Positions 27,845-37,775 are shown, numbered from the stretch's first letter. The stretch is 64,000 nucleotides of DNA from Myxococcota bacterium (GCA_963676915.2 CAXXVK010000010.1:32001-96000); one strand, 5' to 3'. The notes: generated by a model not told the origin, from the sequence alone. Numbers and translations are program-made.

Positions 27845-30406
27845 GTGCCTATGAACGTTTCGCCTGTTTGCATCGTGAGTCGTCCCGTGTGGCGATGGGC
27901 TGTGGTTTGCTTTGTGTTGGTTTTGAGTGCCTGTTCCAACGATTCTCCGTCGTATTCGAACCAGCAGGATACCGATGGAGAGAACGAAATTCCGGCGGAT
28001 ATCGACGAAGATGCGGTTTCGGAAACCGAGGCTGATATCGAGGCAGACATGGAGCCGGTAGAGTCCGACTCGGAGCCGGTAGAAATCGAACAGGATTCCG
28101 ATCTTGATCCTGATCCGGTCGAGCAGGAAGAAGACGTGGTCGAATACGGGCTGCGTATCAACGAAGTTGCGGCTGCCGGAGAGCCGTTCGACTGGTTCGA
28201 ACTGTACAATACGACAGACCACGCGATTGCCCTCGCCGGGCTTCGATTCGGCGACAACATCGGCGACGAAGCCTCCGCCGTGGCGTTTCCCGAGGGTGCT
28301 ACGGTAGAAGCCGGGGGCTTTTATCTCGTGTCGTTCGAAGAGGACTGGCCCGGCTTCGGTTTGGGACAGAAAGAGGAACTCGCGCTCTTTACCCAAAATG
28401 GGAGCGTGCTCGATTCGGTGGATTGGGCGGAGGGCGACAGCCCGGAAGGCAAATCGTACGGACGCCTGCCCGATGGCACGGGCGCGTTTCGGACCTTGGA
28501 CATTCCCTCGCCGGGAGCGACCAACGAGGGCGGAGTCATTCCCCCGACCTTGGTCATCAATGAACTGGCGGCCAACGGGACACCTAACGATTGGTTCGAG
28601 CTGTTCAACGCGACGGATGAAGCCATCGATTTGAACGGCTACCAATTCACCGACGACCTGATTTCGATGTCCAACCTCTCGGCATTTCCGGCGGATACCG
28701 TCGTGGAATCGGGGGGATACGTGGTGTTTACGCTGACGAATGTCTGGCCCGGTTTCAAGCTGGGATCGAGCGAGGAGCTTGGGGTGCTCGACCCGGATGG
28801 CGAGTGGGTCGATTCGGTGGATTGGAACTCGGATGACAGCCCGGAAGGGAAATCCTACGGACGTTTACCCGACGGTACTGGTGGATTCGAAACTTTCGAT
28901 ACGCCTACGCCCGGTGCTTCCAACGAAAACGGATCGCTACCTGGAGATAGCGATCAGGAGGAGGAAGAGACGGTTGTCGTGGATCTCGGGTGCAGCTCCG
29001 AATTCGGCTGTGCCTGGGACGAAGGTTGCACTTCTCAGGGTTGTGGAAGCTGTGAAAGCGGCAATGCCTGCAAGACGCTCGAAGGTTGTCTGCCGGACGG
29101 TCATTGCGGAGCTTGCACGGAGAATGAGCAATGTGCCGACGGAACGGTCTGTCGTTCAGGCTTTTGCTTCCCGGTGACCCTGCCGCAGTGGTCGTTGACC
29201 ATCGATCCTGACCGTTGGGCCGAGATGCGGGCGAGTCCATACGACGACATCTGGACCGAGTGCGAACTCGAAGTGGATGGCGTCACGTACAACGAAGGGT
29301 GTACGGTGCGCCTGCTGGGAGGAACGAGCCGAGGGTTTCGAAAAAAATCTTTTCGCGTCGAGTTTTCCTCGACGATGCCGCATCCGGGATTCTCCAATAA
29401 AATCAACCTACGTGCAGAGTATGACGACCCCTCGTTTTTACGCACTTTTGTGGGATATGAAGTTTTTCGTCGTTTGACCGATCTACCCACGCCGCGGGCG
29501 CATTTCGTACAGCTTCAGTTTAACGGAGAAATGTACGGCCTGATGCTGGAAGTCGAGCGTATCGACGGCGAATTTCTCGATGCACGCGGCTTGGATTCCG
29601 ATCAGAGCATGTATGAGGCCGACAGTCCTGTGGAGTATACCTCACTGGGGATTTCGAATTTGGTGCCCTTGCCGGAAACCTCTTTGTATCCGATAGGTTA
29701 CGACAAGAAAACCGGCGAGTCGGACGACTACACGGACCTGATTGATTTAATCGAAAATCACATCTGGCTCGACTATCTCGACGCCCCGGATGCTCCGATG
29801 ACCACCGACCGTACCGCCGCAGCCATCGACATGGATCGATACCTGCGCTATCTCGCCGTTATGGGAGCGATCCAGAACCACGACCATGTGCGCAAAAACT
29901 ATTTTCTCTCTTGGCAGATGGATGCCAATGGCGAATATTTTTGGGAATTCTACCCGTGGGATCTCAATCTGACTTTCGGTTGTCTCTGGACCGAAGAATT
30001 CGACACGATCTGCAATAGTCAGGATACGAGCGTAGAGGAACCGTATACGTTGATTTACAACGAGGATTATATGCCGGGTCGTTATCTGTGGGATGGAGAT
30101 CCTGGATATGAGGTTCTGCCAAGCTTTTATAACCTGTTGATTCACCTGGCTTTATCCGATCCTGACACAAAGGCTCGTTTCGACGAACACCTTTGCGACA
30201 TTTTGCAAAGTTCCTTTTGGAACGACCGCCTCCCGTTGTTGATCGACGGCCTACAAACGACGTTGAGCGATGCCGTGGCCTCCGATCCCAACGACCTCAA
30301 CCCGTCGCTTGAAACGTTTGAGGCGCACATTCAGGAATTGAAGACGTTTCCAGTGGAACGCAAGACCTATTTGCTGAACCTGCTCGGTTGTTCCGAGGGT
30401 GAATAG
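27845..30406 (+). CDS. Lipoprotein with two lamin-tail domains, Cys-rich repeats and a CotH-family kinase domain
   Basis: Lipobox LSAC, acidic linker, duplicated LTD (INEVAA..DWFELYN / INELAA..DWFELFN, SYGRLPDG..TPG), Cys-rich block, CotH motifs GGTSR..KKSF, LRAEYDDPSFLR, NHD..KNY, PWDLNLTFG. Confidence 0.85.
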   Translation: MPMNVSPVCIVSRPVWRWAVVCFVLVLSACSNDSPSYSNQQDTDGENEIPADIDEDAVSETEADIEADMEPVESDSEPVEIEQDSDLDPDPVEQEEDVVEYGLRINEVAAAGEPFDWFELYNTTDHAIALAGLRFGDNIGDEASAVAFPEGATVEAGGFYLVSFEEDWPGFGLGQKEELALFTQNGSVLDSVDWAEGDSPEGKSYGRLPDGTGAFRTLDIPSPGATNEGGVIPPTLVINELAANGTPNDWFELFNATDEAIDLNGYQFTDDLISMSNLSAFPADTVVESGGYVVFTLTNVWPGFKLGSSEELGVLDPDGEWVDSVDWNSDDSPEGKSYGRLPDGTGGFETFDTPTPGASNENGSLPGDSDQEEEETVVVDLGCSSEFGCAWDEGCTSQGCGSCESGNACKTLEGCLPDGHCGACTENEQCADGTVCRSGFCFPVTLPQWSLTIDPDRWAEMRASPYDDIWTECELEVDGVTYNEGCTVRLLGGTSRGFRKKSFRVEFSSTMPHPGFSNKINLRAEYDDPSFLRTFVGYEVFRRLTDLPTPRAHFVQLQFNGEMYGLMLEVERIDGEFLDARGLDSDQSMYEADSPVEYTSLGISNLVPLPETSLYPIGYDKKTGESDDYTDLIDLIENHIWLDYLDAPDAPMTTDRTAAAIDMDRYLRYLAVMGAIQNHDHVRKNYFLSWQMDANGEYFWEFYPWDLNLTFGCLWTEEFDTICNSQDTSVEEPYTLIYNEDYMPGRYLWDGDPGYEVLPSFYNLLIHLALSDPDTKARFDEHLCDILQSSFWNDRLPLLIDGLQTTLSDAVASDPNDLNPSLETFEAHIQELKTFPVERKTYLLNLLGCSEGE

Positions 30407-30448
30407 TTTTTACGGTTCAACCATTTGTATTTCTAAGAAAGCTGAAGA

Positions 30449-30907
30449 ATGCCGAGTATTTACATCGATGCCGATGGTTGTTCCGTAAAAAACGAGGTGT
30501 ATAAAGTTTCCGGTCGTTATGGCATCAAGGTGTTTCTGGTGGCGAACCGGTATCATTTCACGCCTAAGACACCATTGGTCGAATCGGTCGTGGTCGGTAC
30601 TCAATTCGACGCGGCGGACGATTGGATTGTGGAACATATCGAACCGTATGATATTGTAATTACCTCGGATATTCCTCTGGCGGATCGATGCATCAAGGCT
30701 GGAGCGAGAGTTTTGGGTGCCAAAGGTCGCGAATTTACGGAAAATTCCATCGGTAGCGCTCTGGCTGCTCGGGATTTGAATGCACATCTTAGAGACATGG
30801 GCGTCATCAGTGGCGGACCGAAACCCATGCAAAGCAAAGACAAGTCGCGTTTTTTGTCGAAATTGGACGAAATGGTCAATGCGGCCTTGCGGGAAACCAG
30901 CGAGTAG
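30449..30907 (+). CDS. yaiI: YaiI/YqxD family protein (UPF0178)
   Basis: IYIDADGCSVK, DAADDWIV, DIVITSDIPLA, GGPKP. Confidence 0.88.
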   Translation: MPSIYIDADGCSVKNEVYKVSGRYGIKVFLVANRYHFTPKTPLVESVVVGTQFDAADDWIVEHIEPYDIVITSDIPLADRCIKAGARVLGAKGREFTENSIGSALAARDLNAHLRDMGVISGGPKPMQSKDKSRFLSKLDEMVNAALRETSE

Positions 30908-31002
30908 AGTTGATTTTCTGCTCCAATTCACTCCATTCGGTTGTGAACCGAAACCCCTTCTACGAAAAATACATAGAAAAGAAATCTTGTGTCGAAAGTC
31001 GC

Positions 31003-31085
31003 TCAAGTCTTCCCGAAAAACGTCGATCAAGCTTTTAGATGGAAAAAGAACCGGACAGGATAAGAGCCGGTTTTGCATCCGATAT
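31003..31085 (+). promoter_or_regulatory. Candidate sigma28 (FliA) promoter(s) of flagellin
   Basis: TCAA-N15-GTCGATCA (31003-31029) and a second -10-like TCCGATAT (31078-31085) upstream of the flagellin. Confidence 0.5.
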
Positions 31086-31087
31086 AC

Positions 31088-31180
31088 AACCAGGAGGTTT
31101 CAAAGGAAAGGACAACGCTATTCTTTTCGATGGGCAGGGACGCTTATCGAAGCCCGAAAGGGAAACAAGTTCAAGGAGGA
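31088..31180 (+). promoter_or_regulatory. Putative CsrA-binding GGA hairpins in the flagellin leader
   Basis: AACC-AGGA-GGTT (31088-31099) and TCGATGGGC-AGGGAC-GCTTATCGA (31127-31150), plus a GGA-containing RBS; this is the known CsrA/FliW control architecture of flagellin leaders. Confidence 0.5.
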
Positions 31181-31185
31181 ACGCA

Positions 31186-32610
31186 ATGCCACTCGCTGTT
31201 CAGACCAATGTGACATCCCTTCACATCCAACGCAGACTTACCGACAACAATTCGAGGTTGACCAACAATTTCAGAAGGTTGGCCACCGGAATGAAGACGA
31301 TCACTGCCGCCGACAACGCCTCGGGGCTGGCGATCTCCGAACGTCTTGTGTCGAATGTGAACGGGATCAGCCAGGCCATCAAAAACGCCAATGATGGCAT
31401 CTCCATGGCTCAAACGGCGGAGACGGGATTGGAAGACATTCGTGATATTTTGCAACGCCTGGGAGAGTTGGCGATGCAATCCACGAATGATAGCAATTCC
31501 GCCACAGACCGTCAGGCGATTCAACAAGAGGCCGATGATCTGATTGCCGAAGTCGAAAACATCGCCACCAGTACCAATTTCAATGGAAAAAGTCTGCTCG
31601 ACGGATCGTTGCAGGATGCAAAGATCCACATCGGGGCTGGGAGCTTCGATAGTGTAGGATTTTCCGTGGAATCGGTGCGCGCCCTTCACCTGGGCTCCGT
31701 CGCTCGGGTTGATTCCGGTTCCGTGACGGGAGCGGCCCTCGCCGAAGGGGATGTGGTGCTCAACGGCTATGCTGTTCGAGCGAGCGAAGCGGCGGATGAT
31801 ACGTTTTCGTTTGCGGGTCAAGACGCTTCGGCCATTGCCAAAGCTGCTGCAATCAACTCGTCCACGGTGCATCACGGTGTGACCGCCGAAGTCAACGCCA
31901 ACGAAGTTACCGGTTCGGCGGAGATCGCGGATGCCGGAGGAACTCTCGACGGAACCAATTACGTCGAAATCAATGGCGTACGGATTCAAGGGGATGTTTC
32001 CAACGACGATTCGGACGGCGCTCTACGTGCGGCGATCAACGCGGTTTCCGGAGAGACGGGAGTTACCGCCAGTTTGGATGAAGGTTCATCGGGGGATAAA
32101 AAACTCGTGTTAAGCGCCGAGGATGGTCGAAATATCACCGTTGCGACAGGCGGAACCGGATCGTCGATTACTGGCCTTGCGGCAGGAACCACGTACGGGA
32201 CAATCAAGCTCGAAAGCAATAAAGCCATCAACGTGACCAGTACCGGTAGTGCTGCCAATGCTGGGCTTTCCACGGGGATTACCGAAGTCAATCGGTCCAA
32301 CAATCTTTCCACGATCGATTTGACGACCCATGCTGGGGCGATGGATGCTCTTAACACCATCGAGAAAGCTTCCAGTCAGGTATCTTCCCAGACAGCGCGA
32401 TTGGGGGCGACGTTCAAATGGCTGGAATCCTCGGTCAACAACCTGAGTAACCAGGTTCAGAACGTTTCCGATGCTCGCGCCCGGATCGTGGATGTGGATG
32501 TTGCATCTGAAACGGCGGATCTTTCGAAATCTCAGATACTTACACAAGTTACTTCGACCATGTTGGCACAGGCCAACGTCAGTCAGGATGGTGTGCTGAA
32601 ATTGCTTTAG
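31186..32610 (+). CDS. fliC: Flagellin
   Basis: ATG 31186 after AAGGAGG; MPLAVQTNV..RLATG..AADNASGLAISERL..NANDGISMAQTAETGL; C-terminus ARIVDVDVASE..QIL..MLAQAN..VLKLL. Confidence 0.93.
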   Translation: MPLAVQTNVTSLHIQRRLTDNNSRLTNNFRRLATGMKTITAADNASGLAISERLVSNVNGISQAIKNANDGISMAQTAETGLEDIRDILQRLGELAMQSTNDSNSATDRQAIQQEADDLIAEVENIATSTNFNGKSLLDGSLQDAKIHIGAGSFDSVGFSVESVRALHLGSVARVDSGSVTGAALAEGDVVLNGYAVRASEAADDTFSFAGQDASAIAKAAAINSSTVHHGVTAEVNANEVTGSAEIADAGGTLDGTNYVEINGVRIQGDVSNDDSDGALRAAINAVSGETGVTASLDEGSSGDKKLVLSAEDGRNITVATGGTGSSITGLAAGTTYGTIKLESNKAINVTSTGSAANAGLSTGITEVNRSNNLSTIDLTTHAGAMDALNTIEKASSQVSSQTARLGATFKWLESSVNNLSNQVQNVSDARARIVDVDVASETADLSKSQILTQVTSTMLAQANVSQDGVLKLL

Positions 32611-32612
32611 AA

Positions 32613-32680
32613 AACGGATTTCATCACGATAATCGTTCGGGTTGCTGCACTTCCCGGCGATTTTCGTGAAACCATCCGTT
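32613..32680 (+). terminator. Long imperfect hairpin after flagellin (terminator/stabilizer)
   Basis: AACGGAT..TCACGATAATCGTTCGGG pairs with CCCGGCGATTTTCGTGA..ATCCGTT. Confidence 0.5.
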
Positions 32681-32727
32681 CTCGTTCGAAATATGACAAG
32701 AATCGTTCGAAGTCGTGGACTCGGCTC

Positions 32728-32756
32728 TTGACACCGTGGGTAGTAACGGTTAGTTT
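32728..32756 (+). promoter_or_regulatory. sigma70-type promoter of the rib genes
   Basis: TTGACA-17 nt-TAGTTT, 33 nt upstream of ribE. Confidence 0.6.
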
Positions 32757-32788
32757 CTGGCTGCCATGGGGCGGGAAAGGATGAGCCG

Positions 32789-33448
32789 TTGTTCACGGGT
32801 TTGATAGAGGATGTCGGGACCATCGTTCGTATCGAACGACACTCTCACGAGAATATCATCGAGTTCTCCACATCGCTGGATACCGAAACGGTAGCCATTG
32901 GGGATTCGATTGCCTGCAACGGTGTCTGTCTTACCGCAACATCGCTATCTTCAGGGAAATTTTCCGCCCTGGCCAGCCACGAAACCCTGGCGCGTTCGAC
33001 GTTTTCCGAGGCGAAAATCGGAGATCGCGTGAACCTCGAACGAGCTTTGCGTATGGGGGATCGTCTGGGTGGCCATCTGGTGGCGGGGCATGTCGATGCT
33101 CGAGCAAAGTTGTCCGGGTTGCGGCGAACCGGGGAAGCCATAGATCTCAGTTACACCCTGGACGACGCCACGTTGATGAAATACATCATCGAAAAGGGCT
33201 CGATCGCGATTGATGGTGTGAGCCTGACGGTCAATCGGCTGCTTCCTCGGGGATTCGGCGTGACTCTGATTCCTCACACTGCCCAGAAAACCATTCTGAC
33301 CGACAAAAAAATCGGCCAAGGGTCCAATATCGAAGTGGATCTGATCGGAAAATATGTGGAAAGTTTGTTGGGGCTGGGAACGTCCGGTCGTGAAACAAGC
33401 TTGGAATTGTTGAATAAATACGGGTTTTCCAAGCCTGGAAAGTATTGA
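32789..33448 (+). CDS. ribE: Riboflavin synthase (alpha chain)
   Basis: MFTGLIE, GDSIACNGVCLT, VNLERAL..RLGGHLVAGHVD, KGSIAIDGVSLTVN. Confidence 0.95.
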   Translation: MFTGLIEDVGTIVRIERHSHENIIEFSTSLDTETVAIGDSIACNGVCLTATSLSSGKFSALASHETLARSTFSEAKIGDRVNLERALRMGDRLGGHLVAGHVDARAKLSGLRRTGEAIDLSYTLDDATLMKYIIEKGSIAIDGVSLTVNRLLPRGFGVTLIPHTAQKTILTDKKIGQGSNIEVDLIGKYVESLLGLGTSGRETSLELLNKYGFSKPGKY

Positions 33449-33523
33449 CGCATTTATCGTCCCGACGGTAGGCGCGTTCGGGACGACTTCATCATAAGAG
33501 CCTACTATTCCGCGAGGTGCAGT

Positions 33524-34793
33524 ATGTCGGACCCAACCGTTAGAAATCTTCCCGATGTCGATACCGAAGAAGCGATTCGGACAGTCGAAAAAGCGATTCA
33601 GTACATTCAAGCCGGGAAAATGGTCATCATGGTGGATGACGAAGATCGCGAAAATGAAGGCGATTTCGTTATGGCTGCCGAAAAATGCACCCCGGAAGGT
33701 ATCAATTTTATGGCCATGCATGGTCGGGGATTGATCTGCCTCTCATTGATCGAAGAGCGGGCGCAGCAATTGGGACTGAAGCTGATGGTCCCGCGTGAAA
33801 ACAACGCTTCCCGCTTCACCACGGCGTTTACCACGAGCATCGAAGCCGCCGAAGGTGTGACGACGGGTATTTCCGCCTATGACAGATCGACGACCGGTTC
33901 AGGCGGCGGTCGCCGATGATGCTACACCCGCCGACATCGTTTCTCCGGGCCACGTTTTTCCTTTGATCGCCCGCCCCGGTGGTGTGCTGGTTCGCACGGG
34001 ACAGACGGAAGGCAGCGTGGATCTCTGTCGTCTGGCGGGCATGAAACCTACGGCTGTGATTTGCGAAATCATGAATGAAGACGGTACGATGGCACGTCGT
34101 CCGGCTCTTGAAGTCATTGCCGAAAAATTCGATACGCCAATCGTTTCCGTCGCGCAGATCATTTCTTACCGGATGCGCCGTGAATCGTTGATCCGCCGCG
34201 TAGCGGGTGCGCCCATCCCGACGCCGTACGGCATGTTCGATCTGATCGTATATTCCAATGAAATCGATAACAAAGACCATGTCGCGCTGGTGTTGGGCGA
34301 TGTCGCAGACGGCGAGCCGACGATGGTACGCGTTCATTCCGAATGCCTAACGGGCGACGTTTTCGGTTCCAATCGCTGCGATTGCGGTCCGCAACTCAAT
34401 ACGGCGATGAAAATGGTTCAGGAAGAGGGTAGGGGCGTAATCGTGTACTTGCGGCAGGAAGGTCGCGGCATCGGTCTGGCCAACAAGATCAAGGCGTATC
34501 ACCTTCAGGACGAAGGTGCCGACACGGTTGAGGCCAATATCAAGCTGGGATTCAAACCCGACCTCCGGGATTATGGGATCGGAGCGCAGATTCTGGCCGA
34601 TCTCGGCTTGAAAAAACTGCGATTGATGACGAATAATCCGAAAAAAGTGATCGGCTTGGAAGGCTATGGCCTGCAAGTCGTCGAGAGGGTGCCGGTGGAA
34701 ATCGAGCCTAACGGGTACAATATCAACTATTTGACGACCAAACGCGACAAAATGGGCCATAAACTTCATATTCATGATATCGAGTCAAAATGA
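33524..34793 (+). CDS. ribBA: Bifunctional DHBP synthase / GTP cyclohydrolase II (one extra G at ~33896 splits the frame)
   Basis: [64 protein letters not shown]. The two ORFs rejoin on removing one G in ACCGGTT. Confidence 0.93.
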
Positions 34794-35224
34794 AGGACAT
34801 CTATGTCGGCGAACAACCGCCCCCACCTTATTGGGGGTGGTCCCTGTTGGGATTTCGTGCCGTAACAGTGCTGTTGGGGCTGTGTTTGTTCGTGTTGGGT
34901 TTGTATGAAATTCTCATCGCGGGAGTGGAAACGGCTCCTGTCAGGGATTTCACGACCACGGCCAAGCCGATGGTCTGGTTGCTTAGCGGTGTGGTTTTCC
35001 TTTTTAACGGCTGGCCGTTTCTGAGGCTCGTGCGAGTGCGTCGCATGATTCTCGTTCTGGCGCTGGTGCTTTTGGTGCTCTCGTCGTTTTTCTCGTTCGG
35101 GGCGGTGCAATTCGCTTTGCAGCAGACGTTTTCCTGGATTACCTATGTATGGTTGCTGTTGACACTGCTGCTGTTTGGAAACGTGCTCTATAATGTTACT
35201 TACGAAAACCGTACATCGGATTGA
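34790..35224 (+). CDS. Hypothetical 4-TM membrane protein
   Basis: 144 aa with four hydrophobic segments; ATGA overlap with the ribBA stop. Confidence 0.6.
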   Translation: MKDIYVGEQPPPPYWGWSLLGFRAVTVLLGLCLFVLGLYEILIAGVETAPVRDFTTTAKPMVWLLSGVVFLFNGWPFLRLVRVRRMILVLALVLLVLSSFFSFGAVQFALQQTFSWITYVWLLLTLLLFGNVLYNVTYENRTSD

Positions 35225-35556
35225 TTCTTTGACACGCATCAGAAGTGTCTATCGATATCGGAAACAATATGAAGACGATTGACCGAAGCGTGAATCTGGT
35301 CATGAAATTTTAAGAAGTTCTTTGAAATCAATAGTTTACGATGTTTGCGCTGGACATTCGTTCGATGTGACGAACACGGAAATTCTTCCGTGTTGTTATC
35401 GATGCTTGTTTTGGGCTGTTTTTCGTGCCGGAAAAGGCTGTTTTTTTTTCGTCGGCACTTCCGGTAAATGTTTTCTAACTTGTTGATAAGACATATACAT
35501 TGTTTTATTTGTAAAAAGTGATGAAAGGGTTTTTTGCCATCGGGTACATAAATTGC

Positions 35557-35586
35557 TTGACAAGTTTTCCCGATGTCTCTATATAG
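35557..35586 (+). promoter_or_regulatory. Probable sigma70 promoter of the tRNA-tuf operon
   Basis: TTGACA (35557-35562), 17 nt, TATATA; AT-rich upstream DNA with IHF-consensus sites. Confidence 0.5.
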
Positions 35587-35718
35587 CTACGAACTTTGCT
35601 ATGTGATGGTTCGGCAAACGGTCGGATCATATATAGCAACACTCGCTCTTTGACTCGAAAAAGATATGCTTTTGGTTAACTTACTGGAATTGCTTGGTTT
35701 TATGGGAACAAATATTCT

Positions 35719-35794
35719 GCTGGTGTAGCTCAATTGGCAGAGCAGCTGATTTGTAATCAGCAGGTTAAGGGTTCGAGTCCCCTCACCAGCTCCA
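35719..35794 (+). tRNA. tRNA-Thr(TGT)
   Basis: GCTGGTG..CACCAGC acceptor stem, anticodon arm CTGAT-TTGTAA-TCAG, GTTCGAG T-loop, encoded CCA. Confidence 0.97.
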
Positions 35795-35814
35795 GTTTGC
35801 ACAATCCGAAATGT

Positions 35815-35900
35815 GGAGGGATTCCCGAGTGGTCAAAGGGGACGGGCTGTAAACCCGTTGCGGTAACGCTTCGAAGGTTCAAATCCTTCTCCCTCCACCA
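35815..35900 (+). tRNA. tRNA-Tyr(GTA)
   Basis: GGAGGGA..TCCCTCC acceptor stem, ACGGG-CTGTAAA-CCCGT, long variable arm, CCA. Confidence 0.97.
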
Positions 35901-35909
35901 TTTTTTTGT

Positions 35910-35985
35910 GCGGGAATAGCTCAATTGGTAGAGCATCAGCCTTCCAAGCTGAGGGTCGCGGGTTCGAGCCCCGTTTCCCGCTCCA
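35910..35985 (+). tRNA. tRNA-Gly(TCC)
   Basis: GCGGGAA..TTCCCGC acceptor stem, TCAGC-CTTCCAA-GCTGA, CCA. Confidence 0.97.
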
Positions 35986-36062
<77 letters not shown>

Positions 36063-36171
36063 TTGCTATTGATTTTTTTCGAGTTCAACGATGACTTGGG
36101 GGCGGCAGACGCCGCTTGAACATTAGCAAGTCCGTTTCTTTTAGGGTTTTGTTAGGTAATGGGAGGAACCC

Positions 36172-37363
36172 ATGGCGAAGGCGAAATTCGAGCGTAACAA
36201 GCCCCACGTGAACGTGGGTACGATCGGTCACATTGACCACGGCAAAACGACGCTGACGGCGGCGATCACGAAGGTATTGGCTGCGAAAGGGCAGGCGAAC
36301 TTCACGGCGTTCGACGAGATCGACAAGGCACCTGAAGAAAAGGAACGCGGAATCACGATCGCGACGGCACATATCGAGTACGAAACCGATAACCGCCACT
36401 ACGCGCACGTGGACTGCCCCGGCCACGCGGACTACATCAAAAACATGATTACGGGCGCGGCGCAGATGGACGGCGCGATTCTGGTGGTAGCGGCCAACGA
36501 CGGTTCCGATGCCTCAGACGCGTGAGCACGTGCTGCTGGCCCGCCAGGTCGGCGTACCGGCGATCGTGGTGTACCTGAACAAGGTGGACCTGGTAGACGA
36601 TCCCGAGCTGCTGGAGCTGGTCGATATGGAACTTCGCGAGCTTCTCAGCTCGTACGACTTCCCGGGCGACGATATTCCCATCGTGCAGGGCAGCGCGCTG
36701 GCGGCGTTGAACGGCGAGGCGACGGATGTGGGCGAAGGTTCTGTCGTGAAACTGATGGAAGAAGTCGATTCGTACATTCCGGAACCGGAACGTACGTTGG
36801 ATAAACCGTTCCTGATGCCGGTCGAAGACGTGTTCTCGATCTCTGGTCGTGGCACGGTGGCGACGGGTCGTGTAGAGCGCGGGATCATCAAGGTTGGCGA
36901 CGAGATCGAAATCGTCGGTATCCGCGACACGCGCAAGACGGTCGTAACGGGTGTTGAAATGTTCCGTAAGCTGTTGGATCAAGGTCAGGCCGGCGACAAC
37001 GTGGGCTGCCTGCTCCGTGGCATCAAGAAGACGGAAGTGGAACGCGGCCAGGTATTGGCGATTCCGGGCAGCATCACGCCTCACAAGCACTTCAAAGGCA
37101 AAGTGTACGTCCTGAGCAAGGACGAAGGTGGCCGCCATACTCCGTTCTTCACGGGCTATCGTCCCCAGTTCTACTTCCGTACGACGGACGTGACGGGCGT
37201 CGCGGAGCTTCCCGAAGGCGTCGAGATGGTGATGCCTGGTGACAACGTGAACGTTGAAGTGAAGCTGATCACCCCGATCGCGATGGAGCAGGGACTTCGT
37301 TTCGCCATCCGCGAAGGTGGCCGTACGGTCGGCGCCGGCGTGGTGTCGGAAGTCGTCGAATAA
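36172..37363 (+). CDS. tuf: Elongation factor Tu, copy 1 (one extra T at ~36504)
   Basis: Near-identical to 53415..54605; GACGGTTCCGATG here versus GACGGTCCGATG in copy 2. Confidence 0.93.
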
Positions 37364-37418
37364 TTTTTCCGAAGCCCTGAAAAAAACGGGGCAACATCGG
37401 ATGGTATTGAAATAATGA

Positions 37419-37457
37419 GCGACGGCAAGGTTGTTAACTGGCCTTGCCGTCGTTTTC
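37419..37457 (+). terminator. Intrinsic terminator/attenuator after tuf
   Basis: GCGACGGCAAGG..CCTTGCCGTCGT followed by TTT. Confidence 0.6.
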
Positions 37458-37481
37458 GCCTTGAAATTTCCGGAGGTTACG

Positions 37482-37637
37482 ATGGCTGGTGGTAGAAGCA
37501 AAGTGATTCTCGAGAGCACCGCGAGCAAATACCGGTATCACACGACGAAAAACAAAAAGAAAACGCCGCAAAAGCTGCAATTCAAAAAGTACGATCCGAA
37601 CACGCGCAAGCATGAGCTGTTCGTAGAGAAAAAGTAG
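37482..37637 (+). CDS. rpmG: 50S ribosomal protein L33 (Cys-free type)
   Basis: MAGGRSKVILESTASKYRYHTTKNKKKTPQKLQFKKYDP..RKHELFVEKK; RBS GGAGG. Confidence 0.93.
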   Translation: MAGGRSKVILESTASKYRYHTTKNKKKTPQKLQFKKYDPNTRKHELFVEKK

Positions 37638-37680
37638 CGTTTCGGCGTTGGCCGTCTTTTCGAAGCCGCCGACACGGTAT

Positions 37681-37757
37681 AGGGGTGTAGCTCAATTAGG
37701 CAGAGCGACGGACTCCAAATCCGTAGGCTGGGGGTTCGATTCCCTCCACCCCTGCCA
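37681..37757 (+). tRNA. tRNA-Trp(CCA)
   Basis: AGGGGTG..CACCCCT acceptor stem, ACGGA-CTCCAAA-TCCGT, CCA; canonical position before secE. Confidence 0.96.
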
Positions 37758-37775
37758 GTTTTCAAGGAGCAGACC

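Noticed and set aside
31039-31185. 49-aa N-terminal extension of flagellin in the ORF track
   Set aside because: A strong RBS and the canonical flagellin N-terminus place the start at 31186; the upstream DNA is the promoter and leader.
32611-32788. FMN riboswitch upstream of ribE
   Set aside because: No RFN consensus segments; a promoter lies only ~33 nt before the start codon.
33524-34793. Split ribB / ribA genes
   Set aside because: The break falls inside the DHBP synthase domain and is fixed by removing one G.
36172-37363. tuf pseudogene or programmed frameshift
   Set aside because: A single extra T in an otherwise near-identical copy, with no slippery site; same error signature as elsewhere in the window.
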